DNA from: an uncultured virus (IMG/VR IMGVR_UViG_2663762966_000001)
Lineage: Duplodnaviria > Heunggongvirae > Uroviricota > Caudoviricetes
Length of the DNA stretch: 26,625 nucleotides
IMG/VR virus record: IMGVR_UViG_2663762966_000001
Span: 62,001-88,625 of that record
Reading direction: 5' to 3' (one strand)
Positions within the stretch are counted from its first letter, which is position 1. Each line of letters starts with the position of its first letter. The notes below the pieces were generated by a model. That model ran no database searches, was not told where the DNA came from, and saw nothing but the letters and a program-made list of their open reading frames with translations. Below, piece after piece: positions 7,487 through 17,429 of the stretch. The position numbers and the translations under genes were made by a program.

Positions 7487-7923
7487 ACAACATCATCTCG
7501 ATATTGGTTCGCATCTGATTGAATCTTTTCTGATTCAGTTCGAATAAAGGACCAGAGAGAAACCCCTAAATCGCCCATGTTAAGCAATTTCGTAGCGTTC
7601 TCTGCATTGTATGCAGGTTCGGACTTTAACTGTTCGCCATTAGGACCTTCTTCGACAAATACAACACCCTTCCAGTCTTCAATTAAATGGCATGCAACTG
7701 CTTCCAATAGTAATTCATGAAAGAGTTTGTCATCGGGTGAAGCTTTAGCAACATCAAATCCTTTAGCTGTGATTTGGTTATTCGCACGTTCTAAAGCTAC
7801 TTGATAAGGCTTATATCCAATGCCTCGGATTTTGAACTCAGCAAGTACATTACCTTCTTCATCTTTATATTCGCGCCACAAACTAACGTCTTTATTTCTT
7901 TGAATATTGACTTCAAGAGCCAT
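7399..7923 (-). CDS. Tail assembly chaperone (gpG-like)
   Basis: Directly follows the tail tube gene, has the LIEDWKGV motif and contains the lambda-type slippery site. Confidence 0.85.
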   Translation of the reverse strand: MALEVNIQRNKDVSLWREYKDEEGNVLAEFKIRGIGYKPYQVALERANNQITAKGFDVAKASPDDKLFHELLLEAVACHLIEDWKGVVFVEEGPNGEQLKSEPAYNAENATKLLNMGDLGVSLWSFIRTESEKIQSDANQYRDDVVGKSQHSTPTRINTRGSRTTKKSKEKHSA

Positions 7924-7936
7924 GTTATATCTCCAA

Positions 7937-7961
7937 ATAAGAAGGCAGCAATAAAGCTGCC
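7937..7961 (-). terminator. Hairpin/terminator after tail tube gene
   Basis: GGCAGC-tttatt-GCTGCC followed by TTCTTATTT on the minus strand. Confidence 0.55.
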
Positions 7962-7970
7962 AAATCAGTA

Positions 7971-8900
7971 TTAAGGTGTAACAGGTGCAATCACACGAGT
8001 AATAACTGGCGATACGCGAATATGGTTGTAGTTGATGTCGATTGTGATGGTGTCTTCACCACCGCCATCTGGATGATTTGCTTCTGCTACTTCTAATTGT
8101 GGGAACTGGAAGGCATAACCATTACCTGCATCATCTTCAATAGAGAATTCTAGAGGCATGGTGTCACGGGTCTTAATGAAGTCTATATAAGCTGCTGACT
8201 GAGCCGAGAACATGTATTGGGTGTTAACAGTTACATCTACAATCTTCTCAAGATAGGTAGTTGCTGTGAGCTTCTGAGAGCCAATACAACGGATTGCTTC
8301 CATATTGTTGTTGATAGTCAGTTCAAGCGACTGCATACAAGCAGTGCCCACCACAGTTTCACCATTAACTTTAAGGTCGCCAACGTTAAGCGCTGAAACA
8401 AGCACTAAATCCGGAACCGGTAAAGGCGAAGTAACAGGGCTTGTAGTTGTGCGCTCAAACAGAGTACCCATCAAGCCAAATGTCGCTGTGATTTTTCCAG
8501 TAGTGGCAATCGACATTGTAAATTCATTGAAACGTACACCGCGGTAAATAAATACCTGGTTAATGTCTTCATATACTTTGACGAAGGTAAATGTTTTTCG
8601 TACATTCCCGCCAAAGTTAAGAACATCGCTCGCCCAATTATTCATTGCAACTGCTGACAAGAAGTCATCAAAAAGACCAATTGATAGCTCTACTTCAAGT
8701 GAACCAATAATTTCTGCTTCAGTTGCCATACCACCCTGACGGAAACGGGTATCAGCCACACTGCTTGATGCTTCAGTAGTAACGTTTTCAGTTAAACCAT
8801 CAGTCACTCGACGAACAGTTTTCCAGACTGGTGTTGTTGGCAATACTTCAGGGGTTTGCTCTTCAGCATAGTAAAGACGGATCTTTGCACCACTCGACAT
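7971..8900 (-). CDS. Major tail tube protein
   Basis: 309 aa, beta-rich, MSSGAKIRLYYAEEQTP start typical of the phage tail tube family. Positioned between the tail terminator and chaperone genes. Confidence 0.88.
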   Translation of the reverse strand: MSSGAKIRLYYAEEQTPEVLPTTPVWKTVRRVTDGLTENVTTEASSSVADTRFRQGGMATEAEIIGSLEVELSIGLFDDFLSAVAMNNWASDVLNFGGNVRKTFTFVKVYEDINQVFIYRGVRFNEFTMSIATTGKITATFGLMGTLFERTTTSPVTSPLPVPDLVLVSALNVGDLKVNGETVVGTACMQSLELTINNNMEAIRCIGSQKLTATTYLEKIVDVTVNTQYMFSAQSAAYIDFIKTRDTMPLEFSIEDDAGNGYAFQFPQLEVAEANHPDGGGEDTITIDINYNHIRVSPVITRVIAPVTP

Positions 8901-8918
8901 GGCTTTTACTCCTTATAG

Positions 8919-8988
8919 GCATAAAAAAACCACCTCGAAAGGTGGTACATAAATTATTTAGACAACAAAAAACCGCCTTTCGGCGGTG
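8919..8988 (-). terminator. Tandem intrinsic terminators upstream of tail tube gene
   Basis: ACCGCC-gaaa-GGCGGT+T-run and ACCACC-tttcga-GGTGGT+T-run on the minus strand. Confidence 0.75.
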
Positions 8989-9007
8989 TATATTCTGTAT
9001 TTCCTAG

Positions 9008-9319
9008 TTAGTTCGTTTTGAAAGCGCGAAATGGGCCACAAAATTCATCTGCTTGCACCTTACGAATAGATACACTTAAAAATTCATTAGTCTTCTTATT
9101 CTCAATTTCTTGTGCAATCTCATTTGCCTTGGTTTCTGTTAGGCAAACTGCTTCCAGAATGTCTAATGAGGCAATATTGTGCGCACATGTTTCCACTACC
9201 CAAAGCAACGTTGAAGCATCTTTTACTATAAGCATTTCTGTGTGATTATCTGCTTTAGATTCATCTTCCTCTGTCCAAGCTCTTACTGTCCCTTCTTTTG
9301 TTATTTCTGGAATGCTCAT
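9008..9319 (-). CDS. Hypothetical protein inserted in the tail operon
   Basis: 103 aa ORF abutting the tail terminator stop and followed by terminators. No family recognised. Confidence 0.6.
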   Translation of the reverse strand: MSIPEITKEGTVRAWTEEDESKADNHTEMLIVKDASTLLWVVETCAHNIASLDILEAVCLTETKANEIAQEIENKKTNEFLSVSIRKVQADEFCGPFRAFKTN

Positions 9320-9320
9320 A

Positions 9321-9716
9321 TCAGTTCACCAAATATCCGATTCTTACATTGTACTTCACAAAGTTTCCATCATCACCAAGGTTCTGAACATCACCTTGTT
9401 TAATATCCAATTGACCTTGAGTGTAGTATTCAAAATGGGCTAACCACGCATCAGCGAGTTTTGTGATTGCTACTTCATGAGTATTTAAACGAGCCATACA
9501 GTTGATTGAGATAATCCCTGTTCGTCTTGTGCATGGTGTATCACCAATTGCAGCAATAATCGAACCACCCCACAGTACGTTAATGTCACACCATAGCCCA
9601 TCAACCGGCACAGTAAAGTCCTTATTAGGATATTTAATTCGGCTCTGCTCAATTCCAGTAAAGGCTATTGCTCTAGTAATAATGGCTTGTCGTGCTTGAT
9701 CTAAAGTCATTGCCAT
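9321..9716 (-). CDS. Tail terminator / tail completion protein (DUF4128-like)
   Basis: Start MAMTLDQARQAI. The IKYPN...RRTGIISINC pattern and position just before the tube gene fit this role. Confidence 0.72.
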   Translation of the reverse strand: MAMTLDQARQAIITRAIAFTGIEQSRIKYPNKDFTVPVDGLWCDINVLWGGSIIAAIGDTPCTRRTGIISINCMARLNTHEVAITKLADAWLAHFEYYTQGQLDIKQGDVQNLGDDGNFVKYNVRIGYLVN

Positions 9717-9717
9717 T

Positions 9718-10140
9718 TTAACCACCGTATTTCTGAGCAATATAGTTAAAGGTTAAGCCGTAGACACCTTGAGGAGCTTGTCTTGAGTATCCACCTGTTG
9801 TTTTTGGTGTTTCTGGCTTATCAGTGAAGTTGCCATATTCAATTTTGGTTGCATAAGGCGCATTCGTTTGGATGTAGACAGTTGAGTAAGGAACAAGGCG
9901 AGATAAGACGCTTGTGCCTTTGCTAATGGTTGAACCACCGCCTTTGTCTTTCTCAGCCTCATTAAATGATTGGTCGGTCTGGTTAATACTGACTCTGTGA
10001 GATGCTCTAAAAGCCCCTGTATCAACCGGGCTTTGTAGAACAACACCTTGTAATGCATCAATCACAATATCTTTTTGCTTTTTGGTTAGATCGGCTTCAA
10101 TCGTTTTAGTGAAGGCACTCGGTTTGCTTGTCCAGCCCAT
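9718..10140 (-). CDS. HK97 gp10-like neck/tail completion protein
   Basis: Motifs SPVDTGAFRAS, NAPYAxxIEYG and SRQAPQG. Confidence 0.85.
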   Translation of the reverse strand: MGWTSKPSAFTKTIEADLTKKQKDIVIDALQGVVLQSPVDTGAFRASHRVSINQTDQSFNEAEKDKGGGSTISKGTSVLSRLVPYSTVYIQTNAPYATKIEYGNFTDKPETPKTTGGYSRQAPQGVYGLTFNYIAQKYGG

Positions 10141-10396
10141 TAAAAGTCACCTCAACTTTACCAAACAGTATCTCAAATACTGGCTCATTCCCTACTGTAA
10201 ACACTCGACCGTCAATGGTGGTTTTATGTCGAATAAGATAGCCTTTGTTAGTATCTGCAAAGATTACATACTTACATTCTTCGCCATCTAACAGCACCTT
10301 CTTTGGGCCATTAGTGGATTTGCGAACCTCAGCGTGATAAACGCCCTCTTGGTTTACAGCCTGACTTATTAAGTTCCCATCATCTAAGTTAATCAT
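10106..10396 (-). CDS. Hypothetical protein within the neck gene cluster
   Basis: ATG at 10396 is coupled to the upstream stop (TAATG). Its 3' end overlaps the next gene by 35 bp. Confidence 0.55.
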   Translation of the reverse strand: MINLDDGNLISQAVNQEGVYHAEVRKSTNGPKKVLLDGEECKYVIFADTNKGYLIRHKTTIDGRVFTVGNEPVFEILFGKVEVTFNGLDKQTECLH

Positions 10397-10788
10397 TAGA
10401 CTTTCCTCAATTGTGCAACCCATGTCGCATCTGCCGCATCTTTTCCATAACTCACAACCCGATAATTCCCGCCTTCAATCACCCAAATGTCATTAACATC
10501 TGGATCAACTAAAGTTCCTGCCGCATCCTTCACTTCATTTTGCAATAACACGGCTTTAGAGTCTGTGGCGCGGTAATCTATAGGCTTCACTAAATCCTTT
10601 GCCCAGCTTCCAAATAGGACGCCTCTACCGCTATAGACATATTCAATGTAAGTATCTTCACCTGTAGCGGGATTAGAACTAACTAGTTTTTTGCGGGTAC
10701 AAGTGAATGTATCTACAGCATCTGCAAGCTCATCCTCAGCATCAAACGCAGCCCCAAGTTCTTGCTGAATCTCATCACGCATTCCCAT
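10396..10788 (-). CDS. Head closure / head-tail joining protein
   Basis: 130 aa in the second neck position, ending YRVV...DAADATWVAQLRKV as in siphophage stopper proteins. Confidence 0.72.
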   Translation of the reverse strand: MGMRDEIQQELGAAFDAEDELADAVDTFTCTRKKLVSSNPATGEDTYIEYVYSGRGVLFGSWAKDLVKPIDYRATDSKAVLLQNEVKDAAGTLVDPDVNDIWVIEGGNYRVVSYGKDAADATWVAQLRKV

Positions 10789-10791
10789 GGC

Positions 10792-11178
10792 CTACTCCGT
10801 AATGACATGTGTGTTGATGTGATACTTCTCGCTAAAGAATGGCTCAAGTAGATCAAGGATGAATTGCATATCACCACTGACTGTTTCTTCTTTTCCAGCA
10901 ACATAGGTCTTGCTTACTGATGTTCCAGATTGAGCAGATACGGTCTTAGAAGCAACCACACCTTCTTTAGTGGTATATAGCTGCCCTGATGCTGCAAGCT
11001 TCGCCAAATACGCACCTGCGGTAAGAATTGCATCCGGAACCTCACCTTCTGGATAGTCGGGTAAATTTCTAGCATTAAGCCACGCATTAGCCTGCATTAC
11101 AGCAATAACCGGATCACCATTTCCCCACCAGTTAGGCCCTAGCTTTTGAGTCACACTTTCGACTGTTACATAGTTCAT
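10792..11178 (-). CDS. Head-tail connector (adaptor) protein
   Basis: First neck gene after the capsid cluster. The NYVTVE start and VPDAI...LLEPF pattern fit an adaptor. Confidence 0.72.
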   Translation of the reverse strand: MNYVTVESVTQKLGPNWWGNGDPVIAVMQANAWLNARNLPDYPEGEVPDAILTAGAYLAKLAASGQLYTTKEGVVASKTVSAQSGTSVSKTYVAGKEETVSGDMQFILDLLEPFFSEKYHINTHVITE

Positions 11179-11234
11179 AGCTTAATCCTAAAAATCTAAT
11201 TAAGAAGGACGGCCCGAAAGCCGCCCTGCTTTAG

Positions 11235-11420
11235 TTATGCACCACCATTCTCAGGTGCTTCTGGCACAGGAACCGCTACTTCAGGGTCCTTAATGCCATA
11301 GTCACCTGCTGTTTTGGCAGGGTCAAACATGGTGCCAGCTGCTAACGTGTCAGTTGCATCATCAGCATATCGGCGGTCTGTTGGGTATTGGTATTTGTAG
11401 TCTGGTTGCTTCTCAGCCAT
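11235..11420 (-). CDS. Small capsid-associated hypothetical protein
   Basis: 61 aa acidic, Pro-rich ORF with an AAGGAG RBS, directly after the capsid gene and followed by a hairpin at 11205-11228. Confidence 0.7.
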   Translation of the reverse strand: MAEKQPDYKYQYPTDRRYADDATDTLAAGTMFDPAKTAGDYGIKDPEVAVPVPEAPENGGA

Positions 11421-11431
11421 GACTGCTCTCC

Positions 11432-12448
11432 TTAAAGGTTAGTAATTAGGAAGCGGATTGAGGTGTCTTCTGGTTTGGTTACAAGTTCCCAGTTAGCTGC
11501 CTTCTGCAAATCAGCCCAAGATGCACTTAACGACTCACGAGCAGTACCACCAGTTAAAGTGTCCTTAGGTGCAATGAAGCTAAAACCTTGTGGATGGATC
11601 AACATGTTGCGACGCGTCCAAAGGATTTCATGACCAGCACCATTACCAGTTGATTGTGTTTCTTCAACCTTCAAATCTTTTGGACCGGGAACAGAGTCAT
11701 ATGCAAATGCGCGTGGACCTGCAAGAATCGTGATGAACTTAGCATTTGCGCCTGTGCCAATTTGCGTATTGGTATCTGTTTCAATGACTGCGCGCCCGTT
11801 GTAAACGGTGATTGGTGGCAAGTTATCACTTGTGGTCACTTGTTCAAGTAATTGCTGTTTACGCATCTTCGCAGCAATACGTGAATGCACAAACATCACA
11901 CCACGTCCACGCAATGAAGCATTCATTGTACTTTCTGCATCAATGTAGGCATCTACTGACCAGCGTGACGCATCTGTAGCCGTCGATGCTGAGATATCAG
12001 TAGTGAATCGTTTGCCATTTGCTTGGTCATAATTACGTAGACCAATAACGGTAGCTAAAGCACGGTTTTCCGCAGCTTGTTGCCAATACTTATTCAGCAT
12101 CCCACCAATAAGCTCAAGCGAGTTGACCTTAGATAAATACTGCCCAAGAACTGACTCAAGAAAGCCTTCGTTCACATATGCAACACGGCCTTGCATTTCA
12201 CCAGCATCAATAAAGCGAGGCATTGCAATATCAGTCAAGATAGTGTTGCCATAGTTCTGTTCAACATTACCATCCACACCGTTAATGTATGGAACGACGA
12301 ATGTTGATGAACCACTTGTAAGCAAAGGACGTAAAGATTCATCAGATACAAATGCACCTGATTGCACAAGTGGCGAAACTGCCACAGGATTTGGACGCAG
12401 GTAAGATAAAACTACGTCACGGTTAAATACTTCTACTAAAGAAGGCAT
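11432..12448 (-). CDS. Major capsid protein
   Basis: 338 aa after the scaffold. Motifs QSGAF, YWQ, MHS-like FVHS and RRNMLIHPQGFSF match a siphophage coat protein family. Confidence 0.9.
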   Translation of the reverse strand: MPSLVEVFNRDVVLSYLRPNPVAVSPLVQSGAFVSDESLRPLLTSGSSTFVVPYINGVDGNVEQNYGNTILTDIAMPRFIDAGEMQGRVAYVNEGFLESVLGQYLSKVNSLELIGGMLNKYWQQAAENRALATVIGLRNYDQANGKRFTTDISASTATDASRWSVDAYIDAESTMNASLRGRGVMFVHSRIAAKMRKQQLLEQVTTSDNLPPITVYNGRAVIETDTNTQIGTGANAKFITILAGPRAFAYDSVPGPKDLKVEETQSTGNGAGHEILWTRRNMLIHPQGFSFIAPKDTLTGGTARESLSASWADLQKAANWELVTKPEDTSIRFLITNL

Positions 12449-12465
12449 GGAGTTACTCCCAATAA

Positions 12466-13191
12466 TTAATTATTAAAGTCACCATTCGCTACTGCTGCTT
12501 GGAACCCTTGAGGGTCATTCTTTTGGAATTCCAAGCGCTCTTGCGTGGTCATTTCACTTGGTTTCTTGGCAGCTCCACCACCCGAACCACCGCCAGAAGC
12601 CCCACTTCCTGACGCATTTGAAGCAACAATTAATGGCTTAAACGCCACATTGCTACGAAACTCTTTTTTGAGGTCATCAATACTTAAAGCACTAGGTTTG
12701 CCCTGCGAATCTAGTACACGTACTTTGACCTCACCGTTTTCATCAGTTTCAACCTGAAGACGATTTGTAATATGTGGAAGCAAAACTGCCTCCGAGCCTT
12801 TGATTGAAAGCTCACTTGCTAATGCTTGTGCTGTTTGCCCGACAGTTAATTTGTAGACTTGGTCTTGCAATGCTTTGGTAGCTTCTGCATGTTTTGCTTC
12901 TGCTTGCTCAAGCTTGGCTTTCCAAGATGCTTCAATTGCAGCAACGTCACCTTTTTTACGGGCTGCTTCTTCAGCTTCGCGTTGAGCTTTCTCTTCGGCT
13001 TCGCGTTGTTTTTGCTGGGCAGTTTTCTTTTCACCAAGAAGTTCTTCAACTTTCCGTTTCAGCCCATCCAGTTCTGAATTATCTTGCTGCGGCAGACCTT
13101 CAACTTTTAAATAAAATGCGCCATCTTTTTCTTCATAAAGTGCTTTCATTTCATCAGATAAGCCCTCTAGGCTATCGAGTTTGTATTTCAT
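12466..13191 (-). CDS. Capsid scaffolding protein
   Basis: Start MKYKLDSLEG (ATG 13191, GGAG RBS). Charged coiled coil with a Gly/Ser linker (ASGSGASGGGSGGG) and a short C-terminal helix. Confidence 0.85.
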   Translation of the reverse strand: MKYKLDSLEGLSDEMKALYEEKDGAFYLKVEGLPQQDNSELDGLKRKVEELLGEKKTAQQKQREAEEKAQREAEEAARKKGDVAAIEASWKAKLEQAEAKHAEATKALQDQVYKLTVGQTAQALASELSIKGSEAVLLPHITNRLQVETDENGEVKVRVLDSQGKPSALSIDDLKKEFRSNVAFKPLIVASNASGSGASGGGSGGGAAKKPSEMTTQERLEFQKNDPQGFQAAVANGDFNN

Positions 13192-13230
13192 GTTTTGCTC
13201 CCTGAGCGGTTTTGCAGTCACAAACTGCGG

Positions 13231-13256
13231 GCAATAAAAAAGCACCCGAAGGTGCT
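13231..13256 (-). terminator. Intrinsic terminator before scaffold gene
   Basis: AGCACC-ttcg-GGTGCT followed by TTTTTATTGC. Confidence 0.78.
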
Positions 13257-13272
13257 AAGGTTTGAATTAGGT

Positions 13273-13416
13273 TTAATACTGGGTACATGCTTTAGGCTGT
13301 TTAAAGCTATAGCCAGAAATCGCCATATATCTTGGAACTATCTTCCGAACAAAAGGCAATAAAATAAGGTTTGTACTAAGTATGTACTGTGCCTCAGTCA
13401 TAGTTATCTGTTTCAT
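13273..13416 (-). CDS. Possible small protein (47 aa)
   Basis: MKQITMTEAQYILSTNLILLPFVRKIVPRYMAISGYSFKQPKACTQY. The ATGA overlaps the minor head stop and the ORF fills the gap to the terminator. Confidence 0.4.
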   Translation of the reverse strand: MKQITMTEAQYILSTNLILLPFVRKIVPRYMAISGYSFKQPKACTQY

Positions 13417-14498
13417 AACCCCAACCTCTTAAACATTTCTTCATCTAGCTTTTTTAGTTCAGCAAGTGTGAATGGCTGACCTGTAAGCGGATCAATAAAC
13501 TTATCCAGAGAATATTTGCCCTCTTTGAATAGCTTGTATCTTGTCGGCCCAAGCCAGGACTTTTGAAAAGCTGCATCTTGTTTATCAAACCAACCTTTGA
13601 AAGTTGTATTTGAATCAACCACGCCTATCTCACCTTCACCATTCACTTTATTGTTAAATGGACGCATCCCAATTGTTTTTCCTGAATCATCCGAAACCGG
13701 AATTAGGATCGATCTACAGTTGGGGTGAAGTGGTGGCACAGGATGAGGTTCATCTTTCTTATAAACCTTGTCTGAATAACCCATGCAGATTTTAGAAGTG
13801 CGGCTATCTAGTGTTGCGATGAACTTTACATACTCAACACCAATGGTCTGATACGTTTCATTCAAGGCCACATTTGACACATGACTTCTAGCAGTACGGA
13901 CCATTGTAGAAATCTGGTTTCTACTCTGATCAAGCAAGCCATCTTGGTAATTAAGTGCTTTCTTGCCCTTAATCCGCTGAACAATTTGCTGGTTTGTCTG
14001 ACCTTTAGATAAGCCGTCTCGAATTGTTTGCTCTACCCGAACTTTTGCATCGTCTGCGATCTTCTCGAATAGGTAATCAAGCAGCACACCACCGCTTAAA
14101 GGCGTTTTCTTTGCCTTGTTGAATAGCGTCTTTCCATTTGGTTCTATTTTGCGATTAGCGAGGGTTTTAGCCTGATATGTAGCTTCATACACCGCTAATG
14201 CAGTAGCGCTTACAGTGAAGCTCTCAAGCAATCCTGACGCTACACTTGCCTGCCAAGTCTGAACCAGTGCTCTAACTTCTTTCAAAGCAGGTGTTGTGTA
14301 TTGCGCTGCCATCAATGCAGTCTTTTCAGCGTCACTCAAGTCATCTAACAAATCTCTTAACTTTGAAAGCATCTCACTAGAGAGCGAATCAAATTGTGTT
14401 AGGAGATTATTGATTTCAGTTGAAGAGAGCCGATACAGATAGGCCTGATGTGAAACCAGTGCATCAAGTAATGCCTGTTGTGACAACTGGACGTTCAT
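13413..14498 (-). CDS. Minor head morphogenesis protein (SPP1 gp7 / Mu gpF family)
   Basis: Motifs VRTA, ATLDSRTSKIC and PPLHPNCRS. Follows the portal gene. Confidence 0.92.
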   Translation of the reverse strand: MNVQLSQQALLDALVSHQAYLYRLSSTEINNLLTQFDSLSSEMLSKLRDLLDDLSDAEKTALMAAQYTTPALKEVRALVQTWQASVASGLLESFTVSATALAVYEATYQAKTLANRKIEPNGKTLFNKAKKTPLSGGVLLDYLFEKIADDAKVRVEQTIRDGLSKGQTNQQIVQRIKGKKALNYQDGLLDQSRNQISTMVRTARSHVSNVALNETYQTIGVEYVKFIATLDSRTSKICMGYSDKVYKKDEPHPVPPLHPNCRSILIPVSDDSGKTIGMRPFNNKVNGEGEIGVVDSNTTFKGWFDKQDAAFQKSWLGPTRYKLFKEGKYSLDKFIDPLTGQPFTLAELKKLDEEMFKRLGL

Positions 14499-14514
14499 TT
14501 GTCACTCCTGCGAT

Positions 14515-15921
14515 TTAAACCACCATAGGTCTATTGACTGACTCGCTTTCGATGCGTGTTTGCTCATCTTCAAAGCTAATTTCTGGCACTTTCCCAGTTG
14601 TAAGCAACTCATGGAATGTTTCCATACTCATTCGATTAGCAAGTACCATTTCCCAATAGAATTTAAGCGTATCAAGGTCAATCTTGCCTTTGGCGAAGTC
14701 TTGCTTAATGGTGAGTTTCGCCTTAGATCCACTTCCGTAGTATGCCGCACACCATTTAAGCGCATATTCCATCGCCTCATTGGTATTTGCTACACACAAA
14801 GAAAGGACACTGTACTGGGCAAGCTTTTCATTATTTGATTGGGTAGCAGTCTTATTGACTTGTTCAGTCTCAAGGATCTTCGCCCCCATCGCCTGCATGT
14901 ACTTTTCTTTAGCATCCATAGCCTGTTTCGCTAAGGTGCTTTCAGTCACCTGCTTGTAGTCAAATGATGAACCTTTCGGAAGCATTAGAGGATTCTTAGA
15001 ACCTAGGCGGACACCATTTTTCTGCAACCAATCACGCCAACCTTCATCAAGTTCATTGATAACCGGTTGGGCTTGTCCACAAATGAAAACCATCTCTTCA
15101 TAGCTTGCGCTGTTCTGATAATGGGCTAAGTTCATTGTTACAATTGGCTCTAATGGGATTGGATCAATATTCCAATCATTAGCCAAAGACCCCAAAGGAA
15201 TAAACGGAATTTCATTCCATCTTTGGCCTAATGAATTCGTCGGATAGAAGATATCTCCACCCTTTAATTCACCTGATTGATCAGTATAAATCTGTACATA
15301 GTATTCATTGTTTTCATCTAGGCGAAGTACTCGGTAGATATTGATTTCTTTCTTAGAGAACTCGTCCTCTGGATCCTTTTCTGTAGTCTTCTCATGCAAA
15401 ACGATTAGTTCTGGCTTATAGACCGAACCAACTCGCTTTAGACTCCAATTGATAATGCTCAACGACTCATAAAATACGATTGTTGGTCGAATGCCTAAGC
15501 TCTCTGCCTGCTGCACAGACACATTGCCGTCAGTAGTTGGATAATCAACAAATAAACCACCACGTGCATGTTTAAGCTGACCTTGCAAGGCAGATTGTGC
15601 AACTTGGTAAATTGACTTACCTGTACCATCTGCATCGTATTTAAGAAAATCCATTCCATCCGGTTCGAACGTTGGGTCCTCAGCAAATACCACGCCCACC
15701 ATCTTGTTTAATGTGTCTTTAGAAATCTCATAAAACACAGCACGGGTTAAGTAAGCCAAATAATATTGATCATTCTGCGTTAAATCAGACGATACATTGG
15801 GTTTTGGTAAATAAAGTTCGCCACGTTTTTTCACTTTGGCAGAACCATCACAGACATCGTCGATAGTTTCCCAACGCTTTTTCATGTCTGCATAAGCTTG
15901 ATGTTCAGTATTAACTGGCAT
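14515..15921 (-). CDS. Portal protein (DUF4055 type)
   Basis: 468 aa directly after terL. Motifs YLPKP, YLxRAVFY, NLAHYQNSA and KTATQ. Confidence 0.9.
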   Translation of the reverse strand: MPVNTEHQAYADMKKRWETIDDVCDGSAKVKKRGELYLPKPNVSSDLTQNDQYYLAYLTRAVFYEISKDTLNKMVGVVFAEDPTFEPDGMDFLKYDADGTGKSIYQVAQSALQGQLKHARGGLFVDYPTTDGNVSVQQAESLGIRPTIVFYESLSIINWSLKRVGSVYKPELIVLHEKTTEKDPEDEFSKKEINIYRVLRLDENNEYYVQIYTDQSGELKGGDIFYPTNSLGQRWNEIPFIPLGSLANDWNIDPIPLEPIVTMNLAHYQNSASYEEMVFICGQAQPVINELDEGWRDWLQKNGVRLGSKNPLMLPKGSSFDYKQVTESTLAKQAMDAKEKYMQAMGAKILETEQVNKTATQSNNEKLAQYSVLSLCVANTNEAMEYALKWCAAYYGSGSKAKLTIKQDFAKGKIDLDTLKFYWEMVLANRMSMETFHELLTTGKVPEISFEDEQTRIESESVNRPMVV

Positions 15922-17414
15922 TAGTAAACCATTCCTATATCTAGTGTTTTTGCAACAACCTTTTTACCCATAGCCACAGCAAACATACGGAAGCCATCAG
16001 CACCGTGTGAGTGAATGTCATGAAGTGGGTTGTCTTTCCAACATCCAAGCTTGTCATTCCACTCTTTTCGGTAGTTCTCAAGATGAGTGATGCCTTCTGC
16101 ACATTTGTACTCATCAAATTCACATAGAGGCAAAATCTCACGAACCTGCTCAATACCATCCATCACCGTTATATTTGGCACCACTTCGAAGTTGACTGAG
16201 TATTTCTCCCCGTCATCAAGCACATAACCCTCTTTGGCAATGTCTAGGCGAGACTTACCATCATTCATAAGAGAGCGGTTTTTAATGTCGTGCGGAGCAT
16301 AATGCTTGCTGTACTTGTAGCCTTTTTCTTTAAGCACTTTGAAATAGTGCCGCATACCTTCGCCTGAGTTTTCGTAGTAATCGATAACTTGGTAGCAAGT
16401 ATCTGATAACTTCCGGATAAACCAGATCACCATTGAGTCTGAGACACCTAAGTCCCAGAAGGTCATAACAGGTAAATGATCATTAGAAGGCAATACACCA
16501 ATGCGTTTATTGGCATACAAGAATTTAAATTGGTTCTTGTAGTAAGCACCTTCAACAGACTGAGCAAAAGCTTCACTAGGAATACTTGGATATTCCCGCT
16601 TCATATCCTCGCCAAGCGTTTTCTCTTTTGAGTGATACCAAGCCCTTTGCTTTGGCGTTGTTTTAATCTTGTGCTTAACTTCCAGTTCTTCAAAGTATTG
16701 AACTAGGCGCTGTGGGAGTTCTTCAGTTGGTTCAATTTCATAATCAGCATTCTTCCACCAGGAGAAGAAAAAGAATTTCCAATCAAGTGGACTTAGTTTT
16801 TTGCTGAGTAGTAATAACTTTTCTGCCAATTGGCAGAATTCGTAGAAGTAACCGCTTTTACCCTCTGCTGTACTTTCGAGTGTGATACGACCTTTAAGGC
16901 TTACTGCTTCAAATGCACCAGTAACAATCTCACGTGCTTTATCTGGGAACTTCGCACAAATCTTACCGAACTCAGACACATGTAATCGGTCTAATGTTCC
17001 ACCACGAAATGAAGTTGAAACGGTAATTGAGCCACCTTTGCTAAAAACAAGCTCATCTTTAGTTTGAATCTCTAAAGGATTGGCTGCTTTGATAAGGTGT
17101 GGCAAGCGATCGTAAGCGTACTTAACCTTTTCACGGAATAGACGCTTAGCATCATGTAATGTATGGGCAATCAAAGCACACTTATCAGACATGAACAATG
17201 CAGCATCTAACTGAATCATGCACATCTCAGTGGTAAAACCTAACTGACGTGCCTTTAAGATGATGTTACGTGTCCATTCGTTTTCGAAGTATTCAAGCTG
17301 TTCAAGTGTCATCTTGAACTTAACTTGCTTACCCTCTTTATTCGTAATGTAGTAAAGATTATTTAAGCGCCATAACTGGTCTTTAAGTTTCGCTTTATGC
17401 TCAGGTTTCAGCAT
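15921..17414 (-). CDS. terL: Terminase large subunit
   Basis: Walker A-like ILKARQLGFTT, Walker B LHVSE, coupling motif ESTAEG and nuclease motifs WDLG and SHGADGFR. Confidence 0.95.
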   Translation of the reverse strand: MLKPEHKAKLKDQLWRLNNLYYITNKEGKQVKFKMTLEQLEYFENEWTRNIILKARQLGFTTEMCMIQLDAALFMSDKCALIAHTLHDAKRLFREKVKYAYDRLPHLIKAANPLEIQTKDELVFSKGGSITVSTSFRGGTLDRLHVSEFGKICAKFPDKAREIVTGAFEAVSLKGRITLESTAEGKSGYFYEFCQLAEKLLLLSKKLSPLDWKFFFFSWWKNADYEIEPTEELPQRLVQYFEELEVKHKIKTTPKQRAWYHSKEKTLGEDMKREYPSIPSEAFAQSVEGAYYKNQFKFLYANKRIGVLPSNDHLPVMTFWDLGVSDSMVIWFIRKLSDTCYQVIDYYENSGEGMRHYFKVLKEKGYKYSKHYAPHDIKNRSLMNDGKSRLDIAKEGYVLDDGEKYSVNFEVVPNITVMDGIEQVREILPLCEFDEYKCAEGITHLENYRKEWNDKLGCWKDNPLHDIHSHGADGFRMFAVAMGKKVVAKTLDIGMVY

Positions 17415-17429
17415 GGCTACTCCTTATAA

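Noticed and set aside
11235..11440. Possible frameshift fusing the capsid to the 61-aa downstream ORF
   Set aside because: The -1 frame is in phase, but AAC CTT TAA is not a slippery heptamer and the small gene has its own AAGGAG RBS.
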